From positions 2,460,001-2,492,000 of the forward strand of contig NZ_CP042911.1 of NCBI RefSeq assembly GCF_008065095.1: a stretch of DNA of 32,000 nt, given 5' to 3'. Below, one piece after another: positions 1 through 9,381 of this stretch. The notes beneath the pieces are model-generated. The model saw nothing but the letters and a program-made list of their open reading frames with translations. It searched no databases and was not told where the DNA came from. The DNA is from Gemmata obscuriglobus (GTDB lineage Bacteria; Planctomycetota; Planctomycetia; Gemmatales; Gemmataceae). Made by a program: the position numbers and the translations under genes. Position 1 is the first letter of the stretch, and each line of letters opens with the position of its first letter.

Positions 1-2
1 CG

Positions 3-341
3 CCCGCTTACGCCCCGCCGGGCAAGGCGCTGGTCGCGGCGTCGGTCGTGGGTGTTCCCGCCGATGGAGATGGGGAACTCGACCGGCGGGCGCGGGAGCA
101 ACTGGCGGAGTGGTTCGGCCCCGCGGTCGCCGGCTGGAAGCTGTTGCGCGCGTACCGGATTCCGCACGCGCTACCGGCCCAACCCGCCGGCACGCTCGAC
201 CCGTGGCAGCGCCCGGTGCGGCTGCGGAGCGGGCTGTACGTGTGCGGCGACCACCGCGACACCGCCAGCATCGACGGCGCGTTGACCAGCGGCCGGCGCG
301 CCGCCGAAGCGGTGGCGGAAGACTTGGCCCGAACTAGCTGA
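3..341 (+). CDS. FAD-dependent oxidoreductase (amine-oxidase/phytoene-desaturase-like), C-terminal fragment; the 5' end lies upstream of the window
   Basis: The frame is open from the window edge to TGA 339-341. The C-terminal motif LYVCGDHRDTASIDGALTSGRRAAEAV resembles the conserved C-terminal FAD-binding segment of flavin amine oxidase-type enzymes. Confidence 0.6.
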   Translation, partial: PAYAPPGKALVAASVVGVPADGDGELDRRAREQLAEWFGPAVAGWKLLRAYRIPHALPAQPAGTLDPWQRPVRLRSGLYVCGDHRDTASIDGALTSGRRAAEAVAEDLARTS

Positions 342-1026
342 TCAGTTCCGCGAGGCCGGCCGCGCGGTGGAGAACGTGTGTGTGCCGCGCGTCCGGATCG
401 AGGAGGAGGGCGTGCATTCCGGCCGCGGTCGCGCCCTCGTAATCGTTTCGCAGGTCGTCCCCGACGAACAGCACTTCCGCGGGCGCGCAGCCCGCGATGC
501 GGCTCACTTCCGCAAAGAACTCGCGTGCGGGCTTCCGCCAGCCCACTGCGGCACTTACGACGACGCGGTCACGGAGCGGGGCCAGTTCCGGGAGCCCGTC
601 GAGTACTGTGAGCAGCCGGGCGTCGTAGTTGGAACCCATACCCAGGACGAACCCTCGCGCCGACAGCGCCGCGACCACCCCCGCGGCGGCGGCGGGAACG
701 CGCCAGGCGCCGGGCCGCGCGTAGTGCTCAAAGAGGTGAGCGAAGCACGCCCCGGGGTCGGACACGCCGGCGAGCGTGCTCGTCACGATTGTGCGCCAGC
801 GGTCGCGCTCGCGGGCCTCGCTCGTGGCCCAACTCCGGTCGGCATCGGCCGCCTCTTCTTGCCGATAGGCGGTGAGGAACCGCTCGCGCACTTCGGACGC
901 GGGGAGGTCCAGGCCGTGCCAGCGTGCGACCGCGGCGTAAACCGCCGGGGCCGACGGCTCGGGGAAAATGAGCGTGCCGACCGCGTCGAAGAACACGGCC
1001 CGCACGCCGGACGGGATTCGTGCCAC
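334..1026 (-). CDS. HAD-superfamily hydrolase (subfamily IA-like phosphatase)
   Basis: 230-aa ORF. HAD motif I is FFDAVGTL near the N-terminus, with a motif III-like WRKP and motif IV FVGDDLRNDYEGA. GTG start at 1026, 4 nt after the stop of the upstream gene. 8-nt convergent overlap with the 3-341 CDS. Confidence 0.85.
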   Translation of the reverse strand: MARIPSGVRAVFFDAVGTLIFPEPSAPAVYAAVARWHGLDLPASEVRERFLTAYRQEEAADADRSWATSEARERDRWRTIVTSTLAGVSDPGACFAHLFEHYARPGAWRVPAAAAGVVAALSARGFVLGMGSNYDARLLTVLDGLPELAPLRDRVVVSAAVGWRKPAREFFAEVSRIAGCAPAEVLFVGDDLRNDYEGATAAGMHALLLDPDARHTHVLHRAAGLAELIS

Positions 1027-1030
1027 GGCG

Positions 1031-1366
1031 TCAGTTCGCCGCGCCGTTGGCGGACGCGGCGCGGCTCCGCGGTCCCGGGACCACGGACTTCGTGGGCGTC
1101 GGCGCGACCGACTTCACCGCCATCCGGCTCGCCTTGCGGGTCGCCGGCTGGGCGCCCTCGGGGAGCGACCGCGCCGCCTGCGCCGCCACCGCCACCTTTA
1201 GCAGGTGCAGGCCCGAGCGGAAGATGATGAACGCGATGAACGCGGACGGTCCGGCCTCGAAGATGCGGCGGTTCGAGATCAGCCCGTAGGTGTTCCAGAA
1301 CTGCCACAGGCCGACGCCGATCAGTGCCCAGCCGGCCAGTTCCCGGCTCCAGTACGCGAACCTCAT
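1031..1366 (-). CDS. small (111 aa) two-TM membrane protein, hypothetical
   Basis: Internal ATG at 1366 of the 299-aa track ORF; the longer N-terminal extension is Arg/Gly/Pro junk. Hydrophobic segments are LAGWALIGVGLWQFW and PSAFIAFIIFRSGLHLL. Same strand as, and tightly packed with, its neighbours. Confidence 0.5.
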   Translation of the reverse strand: MRFAYWSRELAGWALIGVGLWQFWNTYGLISNRRIFEAGPSAFIAFIIFRSGLHLLKVAVAAQAARSLPEGAQPATRKASRMAVKSVAPTPTKSVVPGPRSRAASANGAAN

Positions 1367-1431
1367 GTTGATGCGCTCTCTCGGGTTTGGAACTCGGCCG
1401 GACGGCGGGAGCGGCCCGGTGGTGTTTTGCG

Positions 1432-2421
1432 TCACTTCTGGTCGTCGCGGCGCGCTCGCTTCGGACGCTTGCGCGCGGCCCGTTCCTCTTCGGCGGCGCG
1501 CTTGCGCGCGGCCTCTTTCTCGCGCTGTCGGGCGTCCTGCGCGGCGGCCTCGGCCCGCTCGCTCGCGCGGCGCCGGCCCCAGACGCGCCACTTCTCCAGC
1601 CGCACCCGCTCGCGGTGCGACTCGCTCCAGCTCGTGTCGGCGAGCACCATCGCCCCCTCGGAGGCGTTCATCACCCGCAGCCGCCAGTACCCGAACACCA
1701 GCCGCACCAGCAGCGTGCCGAAGAACAGGATGCCCAGCAGCACGAAGAAGCGGTTCTGGCCGGGGCGGAACTCGCCCGGCGGTTGGTCCCGGCTGAACGC
1801 GCGGAGCGAGCGCGTGTCCGCCCACCGGAACGGCACCCCGCTCTCCATCGGGACGAACTCCAGCGCGTTCACGAGCCACCAGACCGCCTGGCCGATCAGC
1901 ACCAGCGCGCCCGAGGCGGCCAGCATCCACGCGAGTTCGTCGGGCCGGATGTGCGCCGTCGGGCGGCGGACCGGCACTTCGCCCTTGCGCTTGAGGGCGC
2001 TGTCCGGCGGCACGATCTGGTGAACGAGCCCGAACAGCCGGTACTGGCCCCGCAGGTACACCAAAACGGCCATGACCAGCACCATGTCGGTGACCTGGAA
2101 GTGGCTCTCGCGCACCTGATAAGGGTTCTCGGACCCGGGGTCGGGGATGCCGAACGGGAACAGTTGGAAGTACGCGATCACGAGCAGCAGGAACGGCGGC
2201 GCCGCGGTCCAGCGGAGCGCCATCGCCGCGGCGCCGAACAGCACCACGATGATGCCGCCCAGGTCGCTCCCGCTCATGAACAGGACGACGAAGATCATCG
2301 CCAGCGCGGCCAGCGTGGCCAGCACGTAGGGCCGCGCCGCGGCGTCGGTGGCGAGGAGCCGGATCACGTCGCCCTGGGTCAGCTCGGGCTGCCCGCCGAG
2401 CGCTTTAACGGTGTTGCTCAT
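1432..2421 (-). CDS. polytopic membrane protein (329 aa) with a highly charged K/R/E-rich C-terminal tail, hypothetical
   Basis: ATG at 2419-2421 overlaps the TGA (2418-2420) of the upstream DUF58 gene as ATGA. About six hydrophobic segments, e.g. YVLATLAALAMIFVVLFM and FFVLLGILFFGTLLVRLVFGYW. Tail sequence is RQREKEAARKRAAEEERAARKRPKRARRDDQK. Confidence 0.65.
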   Translation of the reverse strand: MSNTVKALGGQPELTQGDVIRLLATDAAARPYVLATLAALAMIFVVLFMSGSDLGGIIVVLFGAAAMALRWTAAPPFLLLVIAYFQLFPFGIPDPGSENPYQVRESHFQVTDMVLVMAVLVYLRGQYRLFGLVHQIVPPDSALKRKGEVPVRRPTAHIRPDELAWMLAASGALVLIGQAVWWLVNALEFVPMESGVPFRWADTRSLRAFSRDQPPGEFRPGQNRFFVLLGILFFGTLLVRLVFGYWRLRVMNASEGAMVLADTSWSESHRERVRLEKWRVWGRRRASERAEAAAQDARQREKEAARKRAAEEERAARKRPKRARRDDQK

Positions 2422-4499
2422 CGGCGGCTCCTCATCCCGCGCAGCCGGTCGAGCCGGTCCAGCACCAGCCGCACCGCGTCGCCGTCGTTGGCCCGCACCA
2501 CCGTCGCGCCGACGCCCGCGAGCGCCCGGCGCGTCAGGCGGAACGACTCGTGGTACTGGCGCGTCAGGTTGTCCCGGACGAGCTTCGTGATCCGCTTCTG
2601 CCGCTCCCCGGGCGCCATCTCGGCGGCGGTCCGGCGCCGCGGGGCGCCGGCGCCGGGCGCCTCGGGAGCCGGCGGCGCGTCGTCGGGGGCGGACACGTCC
2701 GCGGGCCACGGCACGATCACCATGACGTGGTGCCGCCGCGCCCGCGCCACGCGGCACGCCTTGACCAGCGGCTCGATGTCGGGGCCGAGTTCCGCGAGGT
2801 CCGCGAGGATCACGTACAGCTCGTTGTCGCGGGCGCGGCTCACGGCGCGGATCAGCGCCGAGCCGAGCACCTCGGCCTTCTCCTCGCACCGGAACCGGTA
2901 CCTCCCTTGGTCGTCGTACAGGGGCACCGGGCACCGCAAGTGGTGGTGCCGGAGGAAGGCGCCGGCCCGCTCGGCGTAGGCTGCGTCATCATGGACGTAG
3001 CGCTCGACCGCGTCCGGGCCGGCGCCGTCCTGGAGCGAGAACAGGGCCGCGAGCCGCTTGCGCTTCTTCAGCTCTTGCGCGGCGGCGCCGAAGAACCCGG
3101 TGACCCCGTGCAGCAGCCAGAACAGCCCCGCGAGCACGCTCGGGAGCAGCAGCGCCGCCGGCCAGACGATCAGGAACACCAGCACCCGCACGGCCAGCGG
3201 CTCGCGCCCCACCAGGCCCCCGGTGGTGCGGACCCCGAAATCGAAGGTGGCCGCGAGCCACTGGACGATCACGCGGTTGACGGGCCGCGGGAGCCGGGCC
3301 ACGTCGGGGTCCAGTACGGACGCCGCCTTCCACGCGAGCAGGGCCGGCGGGATCACGACGAGCGCGAACACGAGCCAGCCCCACCACTTGTCGAGCAGCG
3401 GCTTCCACAGCCGCCGCAGCGGCACCGTGTTGGTCTTGCGGCTCATGAGTTCGGGGTACAGCTCGTGCGCCAGCGGGTACGCCCGGGCGGTGAGCAGTTC
3501 CGTCTCCACGCCCGCCGTCCCGGGCTGGAGCGCCGACACCTCCGCCAGCTTCCGCAGCACGTTGATCATGTGCGTCTGCGTGCGGGCCGGCGGGACCGGG
3601 TGCGCGGCCTCGTCGTCGAAGGTGGTGAGCCCCACCAGGTCGCGGTTCGCGGCCGTGGCCTGCGCGACGACGGCGGTGACCCCGGCCAGCCGCGTGAGCA
3701 GCGTGTTGCCGGGCGGCCCCAGCCGCACCCCGTCGCTCGTGTCGAGGAACAGCACGCACCGGACCGGCACGTCGTTCTCGTACTCCTTGGTGATGAGCTT
3801 GTCCTTACGGGCCGACGGCTTCCACGCGATCATCTTGGGCGGGTCGCCGGGGCGGTAGTCCCGGAGGTCCAGCAGCTCGTCGCCCGACCCCGGGCGGCGC
3901 AGCCGGTGGATGCCGGGGGGCGGGAGCGTGTTGAACCGCTTGTCCGCCCGCTGCCGGCTCTCCTCGCTGACCAGAGGGGGGAGAACGAGGTACTCGATCG
4001 GGTCGCGGAGGAAGATCCGGCGGTAGAAGAACCCGTGCAGGTCCGCCACCCGCACCTTCACCCCCTCGAACCGCAGCACGCCCGGCGCGGGGCACAAGAG
4101 CGTGTAGGCCACGTCGGCCGGCTCGCCGGAGCGGACGGTGGCGTGGTTGCTCGGCTCACCGGCGAGCACGTTCGCGCCCGCGGGCAGCCGGTCCTCGACG
4201 AGCGCGTAGTCGATGGTCACGAACCCGTCGTGCCGCACCTGCACGCGCACCTGGAACGGGACGTTCGCCCACAGCATGGGGGCGTCGCGCCCGCTCTGGG
4301 TGACGAACCGCTTCTGGCGGAGCCGCGACACGGCGGCGTTGGACCTGGTGTGGAACTGGAGGTACTCCCAGACGAACCACCCCAGCAGCGTGACCGCGAG
4401 GAGGGCCGGCACCGTGGTGAAGTAGGGGATCACGAACGCCCCCATCACCAGGATGAAGGAGACGATCAGCAGGAACCACCATCCGCGGGCCGTCAGCAT
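2418..4499 (-). CDS. DUF58 domain protein, unusually long (693 aa), with extra TM segments
   Basis: Start chosen at ATG 4499 (MLTARGWWFLLIV...) and is followed by two TM helices. DUF58 signature LLDLRDYRPGDPPKMIAWKPSARKDKLITKEYE. vWA-like strand VRCVLFLDTSDG. The position directly downstream of MoxR is the typical arrangement. Confidence 0.85.
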   Translation of the reverse strand: MLTARGWWFLLIVSFILVMGAFVIPYFTTVPALLAVTLLGWFVWEYLQFHTRSNAAVSRLRQKRFVTQSGRDAPMLWANVPFQVRVQVRHDGFVTIDYALVEDRLPAGANVLAGEPSNHATVRSGEPADVAYTLLCPAPGVLRFEGVKVRVADLHGFFYRRIFLRDPIEYLVLPPLVSEESRQRADKRFNTLPPPGIHRLRRPGSGDELLDLRDYRPGDPPKMIAWKPSARKDKLITKEYENDVPVRCVLFLDTSDGVRLGPPGNTLLTRLAGVTAVVAQATAANRDLVGLTTFDDEAAHPVPPARTQTHMINVLRKLAEVSALQPGTAGVETELLTARAYPLAHELYPELMSRKTNTVPLRRLWKPLLDKWWGWLVFALVVIPPALLAWKAASVLDPDVARLPRPVNRVIVQWLAATFDFGVRTTGGLVGREPLAVRVLVFLIVWPAALLLPSVLAGLFWLLHGVTGFFGAAAQELKKRKRLAALFSLQDGAGPDAVERYVHDDAAYAERAGAFLRHHHLRCPVPLYDDQGRYRFRCEEKAEVLGSALIRAVSRARDNELYVILADLAELGPDIEPLVKACRVARARRHHVMVIVPWPADVSAPDDAPPAPEAPGAGAPRRRTAAEMAPGERQKRITKLVRDNLTRQYHESFRLTRRALAGVGATVVRANDGDAVRLVLDRLDRLRGMRSRR

Positions 4500-4560
4500 G
4501 GGAGTTGTGTTCGCGTTTTGGTGTCTTGGTGCTTCGTGCCTGGGGCGTGCGGCGTTCGGG

Positions 4561-4616
4561 TTGCGGGCGCCGGTCCGGCGCCCGCGGGCGCACGGAACTG
4601 TGCGGAACACCGCACA
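4561..4616 (-). promoter_or_regulatory. GC-rich intercistronic stem-loops between moxR and the DUF58 gene
   Basis: The perfect palindrome GGGCGCCGG-T-CCGGCGCCC (4565-4583) is extendable to 4561-4587 with G-T pairs. It overlaps a second palindrome, GCGCCCGCGGGCGC (4578-4591). A separate 7-bp hairpin, TGTGCGG-AACA-CCGCACA, lies at 4599-4616. All were checked base by base. Confidence 0.4.
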
Positions 4617-4643
4617 CCCAAACACGAAACACAGAACACAGGC

Positions 4644-5654
<1,011 letters not shown>

Positions 5655-5754
5655 GCCTAACTCCGGTCAGTGTCCATCAGTGCCGTGCGGCGCCGCCCGG
5701 TCCGCCCCGCGGGGCGCGCCGAGAAACGGGTCCCGTTGTTCCGTGCGGGGGCGA

Positions 5755-7359
5755 TCAGGCCGCGGGTTCGAACTTCCACTTGCCGTCCGCGTGGGCCCGC
5801 TTGAGCCGCTCGAAGTACGGTTCCAGCTCGTACCACCGCTGGGCGGTGAGGGGCATCGGCGGTCCGTACGCCAGGCGCCACAGGTCGCGTAGCGCCAGGC
5901 GCAACGATTCGGGCTTGCGCACCGCGCGGGAGATTTCGAGCGCGGGCAGGCGCGGGCCGGGGGCGGCGGGGGCGCCGGCGCTCGCGAAGAACTCCCGCAC
6001 CACCGCCGTCACCGGCTCGTACAGGTTGTTCCGGCGGGCCAGCTCCTTTTGCCGGCGGTCGAACACCCCGGGCGGCCCGGTGCTGGCGGCGCCGGCGCCG
6101 GCGTTGGGCGGCGGCGGGGCGTCCTGCGGGTGCCGCCCGCCCCACAACTTCCGGAGCAGGAAGAACACGACCGCGACGGCCGCGACGGCCAGCGTCCGCT
6201 CGACCCACCGGGCCGCGGCCCGCTCTTCCCGCTCGGACCCCGGCGGGCCGACCATCGCCTTGTGCAGCGCGTCCCGCTCCTGGAGTTCGTCCGCCTTGGC
6301 GTCCAGCAAGGTGATGAGCTTGTCCTGGTTCTTCCCGAACAGCGGGCCGAGGTTGGGCATCGCGTCGGGCGGGACCGGGGGCAGCGGCGGCGAGAACGCC
6401 GACTGCAGGCCGTCGAACCGCTCCACCAGCCGCCCGTTCTCGAAGAACACGCACCGCGTCCGCTCGCCGCCCGGCCCGCGCAGGTATTCGACCGTGCGGA
6501 ACGCCAATTTGCGGTTGTCCGTGCCCGGCTCGAGCAACATCTGGTTGATGAACACGCTGGAGTCGGCGACCGCCAGGAACGAGTACCCGGGCTTGCCCCC
6601 GTCGGGCGCCCCGTCGCCGCCCACGGCGAACGTCGGCGGGGTCCGGAACCCGAACCCGGTGGGCGAGAACGACGACCGCGGGAGCCGCGCCAGCGGGTGC
6701 TGGTACTCGTTCTGGAACTGGGTGATGTTGATGTACGTGGGCTGGTTGGTCGCGACGCGGGTGAGCCCGCGGAACACCCCCCAGACCCGGCCGCCCGGGT
6801 CCGCCCCCGGGCGCTCGTCCGGCGCGACCGGAACCGCGTACGGACAGTCGTTGTTCCTGCGGTGCGTGTCGTTCGGGTTCTGACCGTTGGCCCGAACCGT
6901 GTCGCCGTTGAAGTTGCCGACCGGCCGGGCCATGTTCCGGTTGCCGGACGTGTAGAGTTCGCAGCGGTCGTCGGAGGCGATCAGCGCCGCCCCGCCGTTG
7001 CGAACGACCTGCCGCGCCCACCACAGCGGGTCGTTCGCCTGCCGCGGCTGCGGGTCGCCGAGGACAACCACGATCAGGTCGTGACCGGGTTTGAAGTCGG
7101 GACCGGGTTCGAAGGCGAGGTCCTTGAGGAGAAGCTGCAATTCGTATCCTTGCACCGGCCGCACCTTGGCGGCGTCGAAGATGGCGCGGAACAGCTCCGT
7201 CCCGCCCCCCGGGACCACGAGCTGCGGCTGCGCCGCGGGCGGCTGCGGGCGCGGGCCGGGCGGCTGGCCCCGCGCCGCGGGCGGGGCGAGTGCAAGGGCC
7301 AGCGCGAGCAGGCCCACGAGGGCGAGTCCCGAGCACCGGCGGGCGTTGCGTCGCTTCAT
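5755..7359 (-). CDS. exported/membrane-anchored protein, DUF4350-like (tentative family call)
   Basis: Start chosen at ATG 7359 (MKRRNARRCSGLALVGLLALALALAPPAARG, a signal peptide), 4 nt after the stop of the upstream gene. It has a large extracytoplasmic domain, a late TM (LAVAAVAVVFFLLRKLW) and a cytoplasmic tail. This architecture and the position upstream of MoxR match my recollection of DUF4350 proteins. Confidence 0.65.
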   Translation of the reverse strand: MKRRNARRCSGLALVGLLALALALAPPAARGQPPGPRPQPPAAQPQLVVPGGGTELFRAIFDAAKVRPVQGYELQLLLKDLAFEPGPDFKPGHDLIVVVLGDPQPRQANDPLWWARQVVRNGGAALIASDDRCELYTSGNRNMARPVGNFNGDTVRANGQNPNDTHRRNNDCPYAVPVAPDERPGADPGGRVWGVFRGLTRVATNQPTYINITQFQNEYQHPLARLPRSSFSPTGFGFRTPPTFAVGGDGAPDGGKPGYSFLAVADSSVFINQMLLEPGTDNRKLAFRTVEYLRGPGGERTRCVFFENGRLVERFDGLQSAFSPPLPPVPPDAMPNLGPLFGKNQDKLITLLDAKADELQERDALHKAMVGPPGSEREERAAARWVERTLAVAAVAVVFFLLRKLWGGRHPQDAPPPPNAGAGAASTGPPGVFDRRQKELARRNNLYEPVTAVVREFFASAGAPAAPGPRLPALEISRAVRKPESLRLALRDLWRLAYGPPMPLTAQRWYELEPYFERLKRAHADGKWKFEPAA

Positions 7360-7363
7360 GGCC

Positions 7364-9073
7364 TCAGCCCATCTCCGCAAGGTCGCACACCAGCCGCCGG
7401 GCCTCGAGCAACTCGGCCCGGCTGAGGGGCTCGTCGAGCGGGGCGTACCGGGCCAGTTCGTAGAGCCGGGCCAGGGTCAGCGCCGCGTCGGGCTGGGTCC
7501 GCGCCAGCACCGTCAGTTCGTCCGCGACGGTCGAGTGGGTCCAGGTCTTCGCGCCCGGGCCGCAGATGAGGACGCTCAGGTACTCGAACGCTTTCACCAC
7601 GTCCTCGCGGCTGTTGATCTCGCGCGGGTCGACCGGCCACGGCCCGAGCCCGTCCGCCACCGCGACCCGGCCGCGCCCCCCGAGCCGCGCGATGGCGGCC
7701 CACTTCCACCACACCACGACCGCGACGACCAGCGCGAGCAGCGGCACGAACAGCAGCCAGGGGACCTGCACCCCGCCGAAGTTGAACGACCCCCACCCGC
7801 CCCAGTTGCTGTCACCGCTGGGCCACCGGCCGCCCGCGTCGGGCCAGCGGGACCGGGGCCGCGCGTCCGGCAAATTGAAGCCGGTGTTCTTCCCCCAGTC
7901 GAGCTTCCAGTCGAGCTTGGGCCACTCCCACTTGCCGTCCAGCCCGCCGAACAGGTCCTTGAGCCCGTCCCCGTCCATCCCGTCCTTGAACATGTCGAAC
8001 AGGCTGTTGCCCTTGCTGTCGGTCAGGGCGTCCATCGCCTCGCGGTCGGAGATCAGGTCGTAGATCGCGCGCTTGACGGCCGGCGACTCGTCGAGCGGGC
8101 CGACGTTCTTTTCCCACAAGGCGCTTGCGGCCTCGTAGGCCTTTTGCTGCGCCAGCCGCTCGGGCGAGTCCCGGGGCGGTTGGGGCCGCTCGGGGTCGAA
8201 TTCCGGCTCCGGTTCCGGCGGTCGGGCCTCGATCGGGCGCCCGTTGCGCGGGTCTTCGAACCCCTTCGGGTCTTCGTTCCGTTTCGGATCGATCTTGTCG
8301 GGTTCGCGGGTTTTGTTCGGATCGCCGACTTTGTTCGGGTTCAACGGCCCCTGCGCTTCGGGGGGGCTGGGGGGGGCTTTGGGCATGAGCGCCTCGCCGG
8401 TGCGCGGGTCGAGCGGTTGCCCGGTGCGCGGGTCGTACGGGCGCCCGGTTCGCCGGTCGAGCGGCAGACCCGAGTCCGGGTCGATGCGGGGGCGCTTTTG
8501 GGGGTCGGCGTACGGAAACTGTTCCGGATCGAAGTTGTTCGGATCGAAACTCTTGGGATCGAACTTGGGCAGATTGGCCGGGTCGAACTTGGGCGCCTTG
8601 AGGGGGTCGGGGCGACCGTCCCGTGCCATCTGTTCTTTAAGGAGGGCGAGGTCGCGCGCGAACTCAGCGGGTGCGAGTTCGGTGCCCGGTGCGCGGTTCG
8701 AGTCGTTCTGGCGCTTTTGCGCCATATCGACGAGCCGGTTCATGAACTCTTTGTTCGCGAGCGCCTTCTGAATTGCGGCGTTGAGACGCTCGTCGTTCAC
8801 ACCCGGGTTGTTCTTCTTGACCGCGTCGCGGATCCGGTCTTCGCGTTGCTTGCTCGTGGCGTCGTCCTGCCCGTACTGGCTGAACAACTCACGGATCCGG
8901 TCCGTGGTGAGGTGATGCTGCCAGATGGTGTGCCGCCCGGTTTGCGGGTCGTTAAACGCGTTCGGCCGGAACTGCAGGGGTGGGGGCGGCTGACCGTGTG
9001 CCGTGCGGGGCAACCCGAGGGCAAGCAGCGCGAAAGTCGCTGACAGGATCAGACCGCGACGGCCGGCAGACAT
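7364..9073 (-). CDS. exported low-complexity protein with a C-terminal TM plus DUF4129-like domain
   Basis: ATG 9073 has GGAGG 9 nt upstream. Signal peptide MSAGRRGLILSATFALLALGLPRTAHG. A D/P-rich repeat region is followed by the TM WLLFVPLLALVVAVVVWW. The C-terminal pattern T..DE..........AL..LARLYELARYAP is typical of DUF4129. Confidence 0.75.
   Translation of the reverse strand: MSAGRRGLILSATFALLALGLPRTAHGQPPPPLQFRPNAFNDPQTGRHTIWQHHLTTDRIRELFSQYGQDDATSKQREDRIRDAVKKNNPGVNDERLNAAIQKALANKEFMNRLVDMAQKRQNDSNRAPGTELAPAEFARDLALLKEQMARDGRPDPLKAPKFDPANLPKFDPKSFDPNNFDPEQFPYADPQKRPRIDPDSGLPLDRRTGRPYDPRTGQPLDPRTGEALMPKAPPSPPEAQGPLNPNKVGDPNKTREPDKIDPKRNEDPKGFEDPRNGRPIEARPPEPEPEFDPERPQPPRDSPERLAQQKAYEAASALWEKNVGPLDESPAVKRAIYDLISDREAMDALTDSKGNSLFDMFKDGMDGDGLKDLFGGLDGKWEWPKLDWKLDWGKNTGFNLPDARPRSRWPDAGGRWPSGDSNWGGWGSFNFGGVQVPWLLFVPLLALVVAVVVWWKWAAIARLGGRGRVAVADGLGPWPVDPREINSREDVVKAFEYLSVLICGPGAKTWTHSTVADELTVLARTQPDAALTLARLYELARYAPLDEPLSRAELLEARRLVCDLAEMG
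8387..8482 (-). repeat. 4 x 24-bp in-frame tandem repeat encoding the octapeptide D-[PR]-[RD]-[TS]-G-x-[PA]-[LY]
   Basis: The four units decode to DPDSGLPL, DRRTGRPY, DPRTGQPL and DPRTGEAL. Each unit is 24 nt (8459-8482, 8435-8458, 8411-8434, 8387-8410). Confidence 0.8.
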
Positions 9074-9381
9074 GGCAGGTCGCCTCCGAGCACACGTGTG
9101 GTCCCGTCCCGGCGGGGTGAATGGCACGACTACAGAACTTGTAACCGGTACCGCCGTTCAGACGCAACTTCCTCATTGTGGCGGAACGGCCTGTCCGAAG
9201 CAAGCGAAAGGCCGGGCAGTCCGGCGCGGCCGTCGTCGGGTGTGTTAATGAGAAGGTCGCTCGATCGATGTGCCTCGCCGGCATTCCGCGCAATGATAGG
9301 GCGTGTGCTGCAGCGTTGCCGCCGTGTGCTCGATCGGGAGGTCGCCGAAACACGTCCGGACGTCCAATTGCCTCGGCCGGT

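Noticed and set aside
1387-2979. 530-aa plus-strand ORF, and the 500-aa and 299-aa N-terminally extended minus-strand ORFs
   Set aside because: The extensions overlap neighbouring genes in other frames and are R/G/A junk. Internal ATGs at 2421 and 1366 give compact membrane proteins and a clean ATGA coupling.
5657-9043. Long alternative ORFs (5657-7336 minus, 6049-7425 plus, 7091-9043 plus, 5780-6883 plus)
   Set aside because: These are shadow frames of the DUF4350-like and DUF4129-like genes. They have no signal peptides, motifs or ribosome-binding sites, and their composition is dominated by R/G/P/A.
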